Positions 30,734 to 40,977 are shown, counted from the first letter of the stretch. The stretch: DNA of 64,000 bases from Elusimicrobiota bacterium (GCA_046153645.1 JBJXGI010000042.1:17280-81279), one strand, 5' to 3'. Numbers and translations: made by a program. Notes: generated by a model not told the origin, from the sequence alone.

Positions 30734-31099
30734 TTATTTTGCCGGCCTAGAAGGCCAGCGCACCGTCATTACAAGAGACTCTTCAACAGAACGAAACGAA
30801 TGAGGCACATCGGGACCGAAGAGAACAAAATCCCCTTCTTTCTTAAGAGAAACTTCTTGGTCCGGAAAAAGTAAGACGAAGTGACCACGAATCAGGACAT
30901 TAAGAGTTCTAACGGGATTTCCAGGGGCCCATTGATCACGGGTTTCCCCTTTTGCATGTGTATACCATTTCATTTCTACCTCTTCACTTCTCAATGGATT
31001 GTCCTGACCAGGCATGAAATGTCCGAGAAACCAGCCACGCGTATTTTTTGAAGCATCGTTAACGTTCCCAAAAATTTGAGTCGGGATATTTGATTTCAT
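30734..31099 (-). CDS. Small cupin-fold hypothetical protein
   Basis: A 121-aa ORF with a weak cupin-like beta-rich pattern (…GHFVLLFPDQEV…GDFVLFGPDVPH). I did not recognise a specific family. Confidence 0.4.
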   Translation of the reverse strand: MKSNIPTQIFGNVNDASKNTRGWFLGHFMPGQDNPLRSEEVEMKWYTHAKGETRDQWAPGNPVRTLNVLIRGHFVLLFPDQEVSLKKEGDFVLFGPDVPHSFRSVEESLVMTVRWPSRPAK

Positions 31100-31238
31100 G
31101 AGGTTTCTCCTTATAAGTCGCCACCCAATATATAAATCACAACCGTGTGTTTTTATTTGTGTTTAATACTAAATAAATTTTTAATTTTTTTAGACAGGTA
31201 TTCTAGAACTATAAATTAAGGAAATATCATTCAAACAT

Positions 31239-31271
31239 AAAAAAACCGGTCGTTAACGAAATTAACGCCGG
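31239..31271 (-). terminator. Rho-independent terminator of the cinA-ksgA transcript
   Basis: On the minus strand, a GC-rich hairpin CCGGCGTTAA-(TTTCG)-TTAACGACCGG is followed immediately by TTTTTTT, just downstream of the ksgA stop. Confidence 0.6.
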
Positions 31272-31316
31272 ATTATAGAAGTATAACAGGAGTTCCAAAA
31301 TTTCTCCAGGGGAAAT

Positions 31317-32096
31317 TTAACTATTCTTTAATTTTGTTAAAGCAATAAATTGTTCGGGGGAGAGGTTTTGAGCTCTTAACGTGGGACTAATATTGAGTAG
31401 CGCTAGCATTTTTCCAATGGCTTCTTTATTCATTTGAAGGCCGTGAGAAAGAGAGTTATAAATGGTCTTTCTTCTCTGTTGAAAGGCCGCCTGAACGACT
31501 TTTTGACAGGCTGGAATATCATCTGTTAAAGGGGTTTTAAGTCTGAAAAGCTTTATTACTGAAGACTTTACCTTTGGCGGGGGGTTAAATGAAGATTCGG
31601 ATAAATCGAATACCTTTTCAGATCTGCAAGAAAGCGCCATACCCACAGAAAGAGCGCCATATTCTTTATCCCCAACCTTAGCGCAGATTCGATCTCCCAC
31701 TTCTTTTTGAACCATAATGACAGCTTCGGTCCAATTCTTCCAATCGCATAATCGTCTCAAAATCGGGGACGTAATATTATAAGGAAGGTTTCCGATAATT
31801 TTAAATGAATCAGAATTCAACTGATTATCAATAATTTTAAAGTCTAAATCCAAAATATCTTGATTAATAATTTGAACAGAACCTGGCGCATAATTTTTCT
31901 TTTCTAAAAGAGCGATCATTTGAGGATCCACTTCCACAGCAATCACTTTGCATTTCTTGAATAATAAATCAGTTAAAACTCCTTTACCGGGACCAATTTC
32001 AAGAACTTGATCTGCTGAGGATAAGTTAAGGGCATCCACAATTCTTTGTGCTGCGTGTTGATTGGTGAGAAAATGTTGCCCGTATTTAGCACCCAT
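31317..32096 (-). CDS. rsmA: 16S rRNA (adenine1518/1519-N6)-dimethyltransferase
   Basis: MGAKYGQHFLTNQHAAQRIV…, the SAM motif EIGPGKGVLTD, and the NLPYNI motif identify it. Confidence 0.9.
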   Translation of the reverse strand: MGAKYGQHFLTNQHAAQRIVDALNLSSADQVLEIGPGKGVLTDLLFKKCKVIAVEVDPQMIALLEKKNYAPGSVQIINQDILDLDFKIIDNQLNSDSFKIIGNLPYNITSPILRRLCDWKNWTEAVIMVQKEVGDRICAKVGDKEYGALSVGMALSCRSEKVFDLSESSFNPPPKVKSSVIKLFRLKTPLTDDIPACQKVVQAAFQQRRKTIYNSLSHGLQMNKEAIGKMLALLNISPTLRAQNLSPEQFIALTKLKNS

Positions 32097-32099
32097 TAA

Positions 32100-33356
32100 T
32101 TAAGCTTCCAACTGTTGTAATAATAGAAGAAGGGCTTGATAACAGCTTTTTTGACGAATTTGAAAACGATCTCCGGTGAGTTGAAATTGTTTAACTTCAA
32201 CATTTTTGGGGCCTGCATATCCCACATAAATAAGGCCGACTGGTTTTTCTTTGGTTCCACCTTGGGGACCCGCAATCCCTGTAATAGAAAGCGCATGAGT
32301 CGCTTTGGATTTATTTTTAACGCCCAAAACCATTTCACGCGCGCATTCGTCTGACACGGCGCCAAACTTTTTTAAAGTTGAAGGGTTAACGCCCAAATGG
32401 CGAACTTTAGAGGCATTTTGGTATGTCACCAAACCTTCCAGAAAAATTTTTGATGAGCCCGGAATATCCGTCAGTAATTTTGATAATAAGCCACCTGTAC
32501 AAGATTCGGCGACAGCTAAGGTTTTTCTAGCTTTAAGTAATTTATTAAAAATTATTTTTTCAAGGGGCTCAGTTTCATTCGTAAAAATAAAAGAACCAAT
32601 TCTTTTCTTTATTTCATGAGAAACAACCTTAATAACTTGATTTACCTGTGATGAAGAACTTCCTTCCACTAAAAACTTTACAGATACAATTCCTTGAGAG
32701 GCCAAAATACCATGAGTAATGACACATCCATTTAAAGTTAAATATTGATCCACCACGGGGCGAACCAATTGATCAATTTTTGATTCAGGCACTCCCATCA
32801 CCTGAAACACTTGTTGCTTAATCACTTTATGAGGGTTCAACTTTTTTAAAACAGGAAGCACGAAGTGCTTAAAAATGGGGACTAATTCTCTGGTTGGTCC
32901 TGGTAATAAAATAACAGTTTTATTTTTTATTTGAATAAGTTGCCCGGGTGCTGTGCCGAATGAATTTGGCAATACTTTTCCAGTTTTTAATACATAAGCC
33001 TGACGTTTATTTTGCGGAGGCATGGGAATGCCCCTTTTGGAAAACTTCTTTTCGATGTCTTCAACCAAACTCGGATTCAACAGAAGCGGACGCTTTAATA
33101 TCTTTGACCACACATCGCGGGTAATGTCATCAAAAGTAGGCCCCAAACCACCCGCACAAAGAATAACATCTGCCTGAGCAAACGAATAACGAAATGCTTG
33201 CTCCATAAGTTTGGGCTCATCGCTGACTGTTTGTTCAAGATCAATGGTGTAACCCAAAGATAAAAGCTCTGGTCCCATATAAGAGACATGTGTGTTCACT
33301 TTTCCGAGCAACAACTCCGTCCCTACACAAATGATATGAACTCGTTTTTTAGACAT
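32100..33356 (-). CDS. cinA: Competence/damage-inducible protein CinA (MoCF-binding + CinA C-terminal deamidase domain)
   Basis: The 418-aa product has the N-terminal MoaB/MogA-like domain (…ICVGTELLLG…) and the C-terminal PncC-like domain (…LAVAESCTGGLL…). Confidence 0.85.
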   Translation of the reverse strand: MSKKRVHIICVGTELLLGKVNTHVSYMGPELLSLGYTIDLEQTVSDEPKLMEQAFRYSFAQADVILCAGGLGPTFDDITRDVWSKILKRPLLLNPSLVEDIEKKFSKRGIPMPPQNKRQAYVLKTGKVLPNSFGTAPGQLIQIKNKTVILLPGPTRELVPIFKHFVLPVLKKLNPHKVIKQQVFQVMGVPESKIDQLVRPVVDQYLTLNGCVITHGILASQGIVSVKFLVEGSSSSQVNQVIKVVSHEIKKRIGSFIFTNETEPLEKIIFNKLLKARKTLAVAESCTGGLLSKLLTDIPGSSKIFLEGLVTYQNASKVRHLGVNPSTLKKFGAVSDECAREMVLGVKNKSKATHALSITGIAGPQGGTKEKPVGLIYVGYAGPKNVEVKQFQLTGDRFQIRQKSCYQALLLLLQQLEA

Positions 33357-33362
33357 TAAATA

Positions 33363-33656
33363 TTAATTGTACATTCCTGGTTCAGAAGGAGGGTTACTAT
33401 CCAAAGGAATGGGACCAAATTTGGCTTCATATTTTTGGATATTATCAGCCAATGCTGCCAAAAAACGTTTGGCGTGCTTAGGACTTGAAATAATTCGTGA
33501 GCGCACTTTGGCTTTTGGTTGTTGAGGAGAAAGAAACATAAAATCCATTAGAAATTCTTGTTCGGAATGGGTAATGAACGCTAAGTTGCAATACATACCT
33601 TGTGCAGTCACATCGTCAATTTCAATTGCGAGTTGCTTCTTTTCTGGTTCTGCCAT
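33363..33656 (-). CDS. DUF3467 domain protein
   Basis: A 97-aa product with …YCNLAFITHSEQEFLMDF… resembling DUF3467. Confidence 0.5.
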   Translation of the reverse strand: MAEPEKKQLAIEIDDVTAQGMYCNLAFITHSEQEFLMDFMFLSPQQPKAKVRSRIISSPKHAKRFLAALADNIQKYEAKFGPIPLDSNPPSEPGMYN

Positions 33657-33674
33657 AAGAGACTCCTTTCGTTT

Positions 33675-34400
33675 TTAAGTAAGGTGGGATTCTTGTATCC
33701 CAAGATAACATTGTTTAACACGATCATTTGATAAAAGTTGGGTGGTGATATCTTGAAGAACAATACAACCAGTTTCCATAACATAGCCGCGCTCTGCCAC
33801 AGATAATGCAGCTTTCGCATTTTGTTCAACAAGCAAAATCGTAACCCCTTCTTGATGAAGTCCTTTAATAATTTGAAATACCTTATTAACAATAACGGGC
33901 GCCAAACCCATCGAAGGTTCATCTAGACAAAGTAATTTGGGTCGACTCATGAGAGCTCGACCCATAGCCAGCATCTGTTGTTCTCCACCAGAAAGTGTTC
34001 CACCTAATTGTTTGCTGCGTTCTTTCAAAACAGGGAAAGACTCTAAAATATTTTCTAAATCTTGTTTAATTTTTTGATGGTCTTTTCTAAAAAATGAACC
34101 CATAGATAAATTTTCTTGAACGGTTAATAAAGGAAATATTTTTCGCCCTTCCGGAATTTGAACAACACCTTTACGAGTAATTTCATAAGCAGGTAACCCA
34201 TTAATTTTCTGATGATTAAAGAAAATTTCACCTGAAGACGGCTTTAAAAGACCTGATAATGTTTTTAAAAAAGTACTTTTTCCAGAACCATTAGCACCAA
34301 TGAGCGCAACTGCTTCGCCTTCACCTACTTCTAAATTAATTCCGTGCAAAGCTTTAATATTTCCATAACCCACATGCAAATTTTTGACTTCTAAAATCAT
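33675..34400 (-). CDS. livF: Branched-chain amino acid ABC transporter ATP-binding protein LivF
   Basis: It has Walker A GANGSGKST, LSGGEQQM and Walker B LLCLDEP motifs and sits last in the liv operon. Confidence 0.85.
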   Translation of the reverse strand: MILEVKNLHVGYGNIKALHGINLEVGEGEAVALIGANGSGKSTFLKTLSGLLKPSSGEIFFNHQKINGLPAYEITRKGVVQIPEGRKIFPLLTVQENLSMGSFFRKDHQKIKQDLENILESFPVLKERSKQLGGTLSGGEQQMLAMGRALMSRPKLLCLDEPSMGLAPVIVNKVFQIIKGLHQEGVTILLVEQNAKAALSVAERGYVMETGCIVLQDITTQLLSNDRVKQCYLGIQESHLT

Positions 34401-35165
34401 TTATATATGCTCCGTCCCTAAGTACGCCTCAATAACTTTAGAGTTACATTGAATATCATCAGGAGTGCCTTCGGCAATTTTAATGCCATGATCCAGCACA
34501 TGAACCGTTTTTGAAATTTTCATCACTAAACTCATGCGGTGTTCAATCATTAAAATAGTAATGCTTTCTTGTGAAATTTTATGAATGAGTTTGGTAAGTT
34601 CAATAGATTCTTGGTGATTCATGCCAGCCGTTGGTTCATCTAATAATAAAAGACGTGGTTCCGTGGCCAGCGCGCGAGCAATTTCTAGCAATCTTTGTTC
34701 ACCATAGGCTAAATTACCAGCCAATTCATGTGCATGTTTTTCGAGCCCTACAAACTCGAGTCGTTCTTTCGCAGATTTAGCAATTTCTTTTTCTTCTCGA
34801 TAAAAAGCAGATGTCCGAAATAAAGCACTAAAAAGTTCTGAGCGAGTACGGCAATGACGACCGACCATAACATTTTCAAGCACCGTCATATTTTTAAAAA
34901 GTCGAATATTTTGAAATGTTCGAGCTATCCCACGGCGAATGATCCACTGCGGCGTTTCATGATCAATCCGCTCACCAGAAAATTCTATTTCACCTTCATC
35001 GGGAGTGTAAACACCTGTCAATAAATTAAAAAAGGTTGTTTTCCCCGCCCCATTAGGGCCAATCAGACTTACAATTTCCCCAGTTGAAATTTGGAAATCA
35101 ACGTCTTGAACTGCTTTAAGCCCACCAAATGACTTAGATAGTTTTTTCGTGTTCAACAGATTCAT
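34401..35165 (-). CDS. livG: Branched-chain amino acid ABC transporter ATP-binding protein LivG
   Basis: GPNGAGKTT, LAYGEQRLLEIARAL and LLLLDEP are ABC motifs. A LivG-type C-terminal extension is present. Confidence 0.85.
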   Translation of the reverse strand: MNLLNTKKLSKSFGGLKAVQDVDFQISTGEIVSLIGPNGAGKTTFFNLLTGVYTPDEGEIEFSGERIDHETPQWIIRRGIARTFQNIRLFKNMTVLENVMVGRHCRTRSELFSALFRTSAFYREEKEIAKSAKERLEFVGLEKHAHELAGNLAYGEQRLLEIARALATEPRLLLLDEPTAGMNHQESIELTKLIHKISQESITILMIEHRMSLVMKISKTVHVLDHGIKIAEGTPDDIQCNSKVIEAYLGTEHI

Positions 35166-36175
35166 TTCTGTTCCAAATGAATACTCGAATCTTTTGGAAT
35201 TCCTCTAAATCGTCTTCGACTGGGCCACAAACCTTCAGGCCTTTTAATGGCTATAACCACAAGTGCGATTCCAAATAAGAAATAACGCCAGCTAACAAGC
35301 TCAGCTCCTAAAATATTACGCAAAATTTCCGGTACCAAAATAACAATAGCCACACCCAACAACGTCCCAATCACTGACCCCATCCCACCAATGACCACCA
35401 TCGCCACCAACATCACAGATTCCCAAAACGTAAATGATTCTGGAGTCACAAAATTTTCCCACCGCATAAAAATACATCCTGCAATACCCGCAAACCCCGC
35501 ACTGATAACAAACCCAATCATTTTCATTCGTGTGAGTTCTATTCCTGTTAAACGAGCGGCCACTTCGTCCTCCCGAATGGCCATCCAAGCCCGACCCATC
35601 CGTGAATTTTTCAATCTCACACTAATTAAAATACATAACATCACAAACCCAAAAATAAGAAAATAAAAATCTCGATTTGAACTAATGGTCCAAAAGAAAA
35701 AGGGAATTGGTTTGACGTTTGAATTGGTTAATAAAGAAATTCCTTTCGGACCATTGGTTAAACCATCCCAATTATTTAAAACAATCCGAGTAATTTCTCC
35801 AAATCCTAAGGTAACGATGGCCAAGTAGTCGCCTCGCAAACGTAAAACAGGTGCGCCGATTAAAAACCGAATGAGCATTGTAATCAAAGTTGAGGTAACG
35901 AGCGCCATCCAAAAATTCCAGCCATACCCTGATAAAAGCGCCATGGAATAAGCCCCGATCGCATAAAAGGCCATAAAACCCAAATCGAGCAAACCTAAAA
36001 AACCAACCACCAAATTAAGACCCAATGCCATCATCATGTATAAACCCATAATTCCGAATATTCGAATGACATAGGAATAAGAAGTGGATTCAACAAAAAA
36101 CGGGAAAGTACCAAACAAAACCAAGAGGGAAAAAATAGTAATAAATTTTCTGGGTATTTTTAAAAACCAACTCAT
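35162..36175 (-). CDS. livM: Branched-chain amino acid ABC transporter permease LivM
   Basis: A 337-aa polytopic permease of the BPD_transp_2 family, overlapping livG and livH by 4 nt. Confidence 0.8.
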   Translation of the reverse strand: MSWFLKIPRKFITIFSLLVLFGTFPFFVESTSYSYVIRIFGIMGLYMMMALGLNLVVGFLGLLDLGFMAFYAIGAYSMALLSGYGWNFWMALVTSTLITMLIRFLIGAPVLRLRGDYLAIVTLGFGEITRIVLNNWDGLTNGPKGISLLTNSNVKPIPFFFWTISSNRDFYFLIFGFVMLCILISVRLKNSRMGRAWMAIREDEVAARLTGIELTRMKMIGFVISAGFAGIAGCIFMRWENFVTPESFTFWESVMLVAMVVIGGMGSVIGTLLGVAIVILVPEILRNILGAELVSWRYFLFGIALVVIAIKRPEGLWPSRRRFRGIPKDSSIHLEQK

Positions 36176-37008
36176 ACTTTATCAGCAGATTTTTCGCCAA
36201 GAATTCCTGATGGGCGAAAAATGAGAACTAAAATTAAAATGCCAAAAGAAAAAACATCTTTCCATTCAGATTCTGGCAAAAATGCGGCCCCCAATGATTC
36301 TGCCACTCCTAAAATAAGCCCACCCAACATGGCACCTGGAACATTGCCGATTCCACCTAAAACAGCAGCGGTGAAAGCTTTCATGCCCGGCATAAAACCC
36401 ATGTTGTATTTTATTGATCCGTAGTAAAGACTGTATAAAACTCCAGCAGCACCTCCCAATAAAGCCCCGATAAAAAATGTGATAGAAATCATTCGATTAA
36501 CTGGGATTCCCATAAGTTCCGCTGCTGCTTTATCTTGAGAGCAGGCACGAATAGCTTGGCCATATTTTGATTTGTTGATAAATAACCAAAGACCTGTCAT
36601 GAATATCAAACTGCTCAATAAAATAATCAATTGAATTTCGGAAATAGAAATATAGCCCAATGAAAAACGTGTCTTTGAAGATATAGAAGGAAAGGGAAGA
36701 AAATCATCTCTCCACAAAAAAACCGCGTTTTGAAGAACAATAGAAACACCAATTGCAGAAATAAGCGGCGCCAAACGAGGAGCCTGTCTCAAAGGCGCGT
36801 AGGCCAATCTTTCAACCCCCACAGATAAAACACCACTTATTATCATTGCAGAAAGAAAAGCTAAAAAGATAGAAACAGAGAAAGGTAAAAAAGGAGTGAG
36901 AGTAAAAATGAGCCATCCAGAAAAGGAACCCACCATAAAAATTTCGGAATGCGCAAAATTAACCATTCGCAAAATCCCATAAACCATGGTGTAACCTAAA
37001 GCAATCAA
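36172..37008 (-). CDS. livH: Branched-chain amino acid ABC transporter permease LivH (N-terminus probably extends to about 37068 with a non-canonical start)
   Basis: It has the LivH core (…ALGYTMVYGIL…NFAHSE…). The track start is a TTG. The in-frame upstream 20 codons encode the conserved LivH N-terminus (QSFFEQLFNGLTLGSIYA), with no ATG/GTG available. Confidence 0.8.
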   Translation of the reverse strand: MIALGYTMVYGILRMVNFAHSEIFMVGSFSGWLIFTLTPFLPFSVSIFLAFLSAMIISGVLSVGVERLAYAPLRQAPRLAPLISAIGVSIVLQNAVFLWRDDFLPFPSISSKTRFSLGYISISEIQLIILLSSLIFMTGLWLFINKSKYGQAIRACSQDKAAAELMGIPVNRMISITFFIGALLGGAAGVLYSLYYGSIKYNMGFMPGMKAFTAAVLGGIGNVPGAMLGGLILGVAESLGAAFLPESEWKDVFSFGILILVLIFRPSGILGEKSADKV

Positions 37009-37070
37009 CGCATAAATTGATCCAAGGGTAAGGCCATTAAATAATTGTTCAAAAAAACTTTGAATGATGC

Positions 37071-38228
37071 TTATTTCTCCTGTGCCCGCTCAATATGGTT
37101 AAAAGCACCATTTTTGACCTGAAAGAGTGTAATCGTTTTGTTTAGTGTATCTCCTTTTTCATCAAAAGAAGTTTCCCCAAGAACACCGTTGAATTTTATG
37201 GTTTTCAAATATTCAATTATTTTGACTCTATCCATTCCGGCATTTTTAATCGCTTCAATAAAAATCGATGCCACTTCATATCCATAATGATCATAAGATT
37301 TCATTTCTTCTCCAGGATATTTTGATTTATAACGTGCTACAAAATCCCTAGCTGAATCTAAAATTTCTGGCGGACTGCCCAAAAATGTCACATAAGCTCC
37401 TTCCGCTGCAGGACCTGCTACTTTTAAGAATGCTGGATCATAATTGGCTTCGCACGTCACAAAGGCCCCTTTAAAACCGACGTCTCTGGCTTGGCGCACC
37501 AAAGCGCCACCCTCTGAAAACATGCCGCCAAAATAAATGGCCTGAGGACCCGTTGCCTTAACGCGAGTTAACAAGGACCTAAAATCTCTATCTCCAATTT
37601 GTAATCCTTCAAAATCAGTTACTGTCCCATTTAATTCTTCGAAACGTTTTTTGAATTCTTCAGCGACACCTTGACCATAGGCTGTTTTGTCATGAATAAT
37701 ACCCACTTTTGATAATTTCAAATCATTTATTACAAACTCAGCGCCCACACTGCCTTGAATATTATCGGTGGTATTAACTCGAAACACGCTTTTTGGAAAT
37801 GTCCACTGAGGTGAGAGTTGCTGGAGCGTTAAATCAGGATTTGAAGAAGCCGGAGATATCATCACAAGTCCTGCTTGCGCATAGATTCTGGAGGCTGGAA
37901 TAGAACAACCAGAATTAAAATGACCAATAACACCTAACACATTTCTATCCGCGACAATTCGATTGGCTATATTAACTGCTTCTTTTGGGTCAGAACGATC
38001 ATCAAAAACCACCAATTCAATTGGTTCTGACAAATCTTTGGCTGAATTCGATTCCTCAATTCTCATTTCAATGGCTCGTTTAATTCCTTGCCCTAAAGAA
38101 GCGATATCTCCTGTTAAAGGAAGGGCAATAGCAATTTTTGTTTTTTTGAGTTCTTGTTTACATCCGGTGATTGCAATAAAAGTGAGAGTAAAGAGAATTA
38201 ATATTTTTTTTGCTGAAATGATCTTCAT
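37071..38228 (-). CDS. livJ: Branched-chain amino acid ABC transporter substrate-binding lipoprotein (LivJ/LivK-like)
   Basis: It has a signal peptide with lipobox (…IAITGC) and a type I periplasmic binding fold (…ALPLTGDIASLGQ…). Confidence 0.8.
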   Translation of the reverse strand: MKIISAKKILILFTLTFIAITGCKQELKKTKIAIALPLTGDIASLGQGIKRAIEMRIEESNSAKDLSEPIELVVFDDRSDPKEAVNIANRIVADRNVLGVIGHFNSGCSIPASRIYAQAGLVMISPASSNPDLTLQQLSPQWTFPKSVFRVNTTDNIQGSVGAEFVINDLKLSKVGIIHDKTAYGQGVAEEFKKRFEELNGTVTDFEGLQIGDRDFRSLLTRVKATGPQAIYFGGMFSEGGALVRQARDVGFKGAFVTCEANYDPAFLKVAGPAAEGAYVTFLGSPPEILDSARDFVARYKSKYPGEEMKSYDHYGYEVASIFIEAIKNAGMDRVKIIEYLKTIKFNGVLGETSFDEKGDTLNKTITLFQVKNGAFNHIERAQEK

Positions 38229-38602
38229 CCGGCCAACTCCTTTTCTTCAGGTTTTTTCCAAATAGATGTTGCGTGACCCAAAATTTTTAACTGAGCCAAG
38301 CTGATATAAATAAATAAGACATACATGATAATAGATCGGTAAAAGGGTGTGCTATCAAAACCAGGCTGCAGTCTCCATCGGATAGTAAAAGCGCTCAAAA
38401 CAACCAAAAATCCAAAAAAGCCGCCCGAAAAAATAGACCAAGAAACAAATCGGGAAAACCAGACCGAATTAACAATAATAAGAATCAAAATACACAGAGG
38501 AAAAACCCATGAAAAAAAATGATTTTGTAAATTTTTTTGATAGTTATACATGAACAAAACCGTTGAAGCTAATTGTGAAACGATAAGAATTATTCTGCCC
38601 AT
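38225..38602 (-). CDS. Hypothetical small membrane protein
   Basis: A 125-aa product with 3-4 TM helices, overlapping the livJ start by 4 nt. No family recognised. Confidence 0.4.
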   Translation of the reverse strand: MGRIILIVSQLASTVLFMYNYQKNLQNHFFSWVFPLCILILIIVNSVWFSRFVSWSIFSGGFFGFLVVLSAFTIRWRLQPGFDSTPFYRSIIMYVLFIYISLAQLKILGHATSIWKKPEEKELAG

Positions 38603-38611
38603 GCCTATCCT

Positions 38612-39676
38612 TTAAAACTTAAGATGCTCTGCGATTGATTTCATATTGGCCTTGACCGATGTCGGGTGTTGAGTGACTGCCAATGCTCGGTCAGGATCTT
38701 TTAAGCCATGACCCGTAATAATGGCCACGACAGTTGTATTCTCACTGAGATTTACTTTTCCAAGCTTAATATATTTTTTTAAACCCGCAATTCCCGCAGC
38801 GCTGGCCGGCTCACAAAAAATCCCTTCCAGAGACGACATCATTTTATAGGCTTCTAAAATTTCATCATCAGAAACAAAATCAATTGCACCACCAGACTCA
38901 TCACGTGCCTGCTCTGCTCTTTTCCACGATGCGGGATTTCCAATTTTAATAGCGGTCGCAATTGTGTGAGGATCTCTAATTGGAGATCCATGAACAATTG
39001 GAGCCGCTCCTTCTGCTTGAAAACCCATCATTTTTGGTTTTGATGAAGATTTTTTGAGATCAAAAAATTCAACGTACCCTTTCCAATAGGCGGTGATGTT
39101 TCCTGCATTGCCGACTGGCATAAATTGATATTCAGGGGCACTCCCCAATTCTTCAATAATTTCAAATGCTCCTGTTTTTTGACCTTCGATCCTATATTCG
39201 TTTAAAGAGTTAACCATTGTGATCGGATATTTTTCGGAAATTTCTTTTACAAGTTCCAGCGCTTCATCAAAGTTACCATCAATAGCCAATACTTGGGCTC
39301 CGTACATAAGTGCTTGAGAAAGCTTCCCCAATGCAATATTTCCATCCGGTATCAATACAACACATTTAAGTCCTGCGCGAGCCGCATAAGCAGCCGCAGC
39401 GGCAGAGGTATTGCCGGTTGAGGCAGATATGATTGATTTTGATCCCGCCTCTACAGCCTTAGAAACCGCCATGGTCATTCCCCGATCTTTAAAAGATCCA
39501 GTTGGATTCATTCCCTCAAGTTTAAGATAGAGTTTTATTTGAGGTACGCCTAAGGCAGCTGCAAGGCGATGCACTCTTACTAACGGCGTACTTCCTTCAT
39601 GCAAAAAAATAGGACATGTTTTTTCGGTAACAGGGAGAAAAGCTCTATAACGGTCAATGACACCTTTAAACGGCAT
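38612..39676 (-). CDS. thrC: Threonine synthase
   Basis: It has the PLP lysine motif …TGSFKDRGMT… and typical size (354 aa). It lies downstream of hom. Confidence 0.9.
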   Translation of the reverse strand: MPFKGVIDRYRAFLPVTEKTCPIFLHEGSTPLVRVHRLAAALGVPQIKLYLKLEGMNPTGSFKDRGMTMAVSKAVEAGSKSIISASTGNTSAAAAAYAARAGLKCVVLIPDGNIALGKLSQALMYGAQVLAIDGNFDEALELVKEISEKYPITMVNSLNEYRIEGQKTGAFEIIEELGSAPEYQFMPVGNAGNITAYWKGYVEFFDLKKSSSKPKMMGFQAEGAAPIVHGSPIRDPHTIATAIKIGNPASWKRAEQARDESGGAIDFVSDDEILEAYKMMSSLEGIFCEPASAAGIAGLKKYIKLGKVNLSENTTVVAIITGHGLKDPDRALAVTQHPTSVKANMKSIAEHLKF

Positions 39677-40977
39677 TAAATTGTCCTCAAAATAACGGTA
39701 TCAGATTTGGTTGTGTTTAAATCGTTAATGGCTTTAACAGCTTCTTGAACATTTTTTTCTCTGCTTTGGTGTGTTAATAAAACAATGGGAATGGGTTTTT
39801 TTAAATTTTGTCCTTCATTGGTATCTTGATATACAGAGGCAATCGATACTTCATTTTTTCCAAGGATACTGGTGATTTTAGCCAGCACACCTGGACGATC
39901 TGCCGTCATAATCCTCAAATAGAATTTAGACTCAATTTCATTCATTTGGCCTAACTTTACTTGATAATCTTTAAATTGGCTCACATAAGGCAACCAACCT
40001 GCCGTGCCATTAACAATTTGGCGACAAAGAAAAATAATATCTGAGACAACCGCGCTTGAAGTAGGAAACCGACCTGCGCCTTTTCCAGAAAGCATAACAT
40101 CACCAACGGCATTGCCATAGAGCGCCACCGCATTATATTCATTGCGAACATTGGCGAAGGGATGCGTTTTTGGAACAACCGTGGGATGAACTCGCAGGAC
40201 CCAACCATGAGGCGTATTTTCAGCAATAGCCAACAGTTTAATGGTGCTATTGAGTCTTGTTTGAATCAAATGAATATCAATAAGCTCAAGATGCGTAATC
40301 CCTTCGCAGTGTACTTTTGCAGGTGGAATCCAATCGCCTGCTGCCAACGAGCCTAAAATGGAAATTTTTTGTGCCGCATCAATTCCTTCCACATCAAACG
40401 AAGGATCGGCTTCGGCAAAACCCGCTTTTTGAGCCTCCACCAAAGCTTTCTTAAAACTCAGTCCCAATTCTTGCATCTTAGTTAAAATAAAATTAGTTGT
40501 TCCATTTAAGATACCAATGATTTTATCCACTTCATTTGCTGCCAAGCCTTCATTAAGTGCCTGAACAACAGGAATCCCTCCGCCTACTGCTGCTTCGAAA
40601 TAAACCAACTTACGATATTCACGAGCAAGCCCAAAAATTTCATTCCAATACTTCGACAAAATCGCTTTGTTTGCGGTGACAACATGTTTTCCATTTTTCA
40701 AACTCTCAACAACTAAAGATTTTGCCGGTTCAATTCCACCAAACAATTCAATCACACAATCCACCTCTGGATCATTAACGATGTCTCGCCAGTTATTGGT
40801 TTGTTCAATATGTTTTGGAATTAAAGGAGATCTTTTTCTCGAACGACTGCACACCCATTTAACAGAAATAGGGGCCCCCACTCTTTGTTCAATATCGTCC
40901 TTATGATCATTCAAAAGCTGCATGGTACCTACGCCAACCGTACCAAAACCTGCGATAGCGATTTTTACTTCTTTCAT
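39676..40977 (-). CDS. hom: Homoserine dehydrogenase (with C-terminal ACT domain)
   Basis: It has the NAD-binding N-terminus (IAIAGFGTVG), a catalytic region, and a C-terminal ACT-like domain (…VLAKITSILG…). Confidence 0.9.
   Translation of the reverse strand: MKEVKIAIAGFGTVGVGTMQLLNDHKDDIEQRVGAPISVKWVCSRSRKRSPLIPKHIEQTNNWRDIVNDPEVDCVIELFGGIEPAKSLVVESLKNGKHVVTANKAILSKYWNEIFGLAREYRKLVYFEAAVGGGIPVVQALNEGLAANEVDKIIGILNGTTNFILTKMQELGLSFKKALVEAQKAGFAEADPSFDVEGIDAAQKISILGSLAAGDWIPPAKVHCEGITHLELIDIHLIQTRLNSTIKLLAIAENTPHGWVLRVHPTVVPKTHPFANVRNEYNAVALYGNAVGDVMLSGKGAGRFPTSSAVVSDIIFLCRQIVNGTAGWLPYVSQFKDYQVKLGQMNEIESKFYLRIMTADRPGVLAKITSILGKNEVSIASVYQDTNEGQNLKKPIPIVLLTHQSREKNVQEAVKAINDLNTTKSDTVILRTI

Noticed and set aside
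32096-32365. 89-aa ORF overlapping the 3' end of cinA
   Set aside because: It is an out-of-frame overlap with a conserved gene and has no support.
33608-33922. 104-aa ORF spanning the livF / DUF3467 junction
   Set aside because: It overlaps two better-supported genes in another frame.
35316-35588. Gly/Cys-rich 90-aa ORF (…CGVCGYC…) inside livM
   Set aside because: It is an alternative frame of a conserved permease gene. The Cys/Gly richness reflects codon composition of the antisense or shifted frame, not a metal-binding protein.
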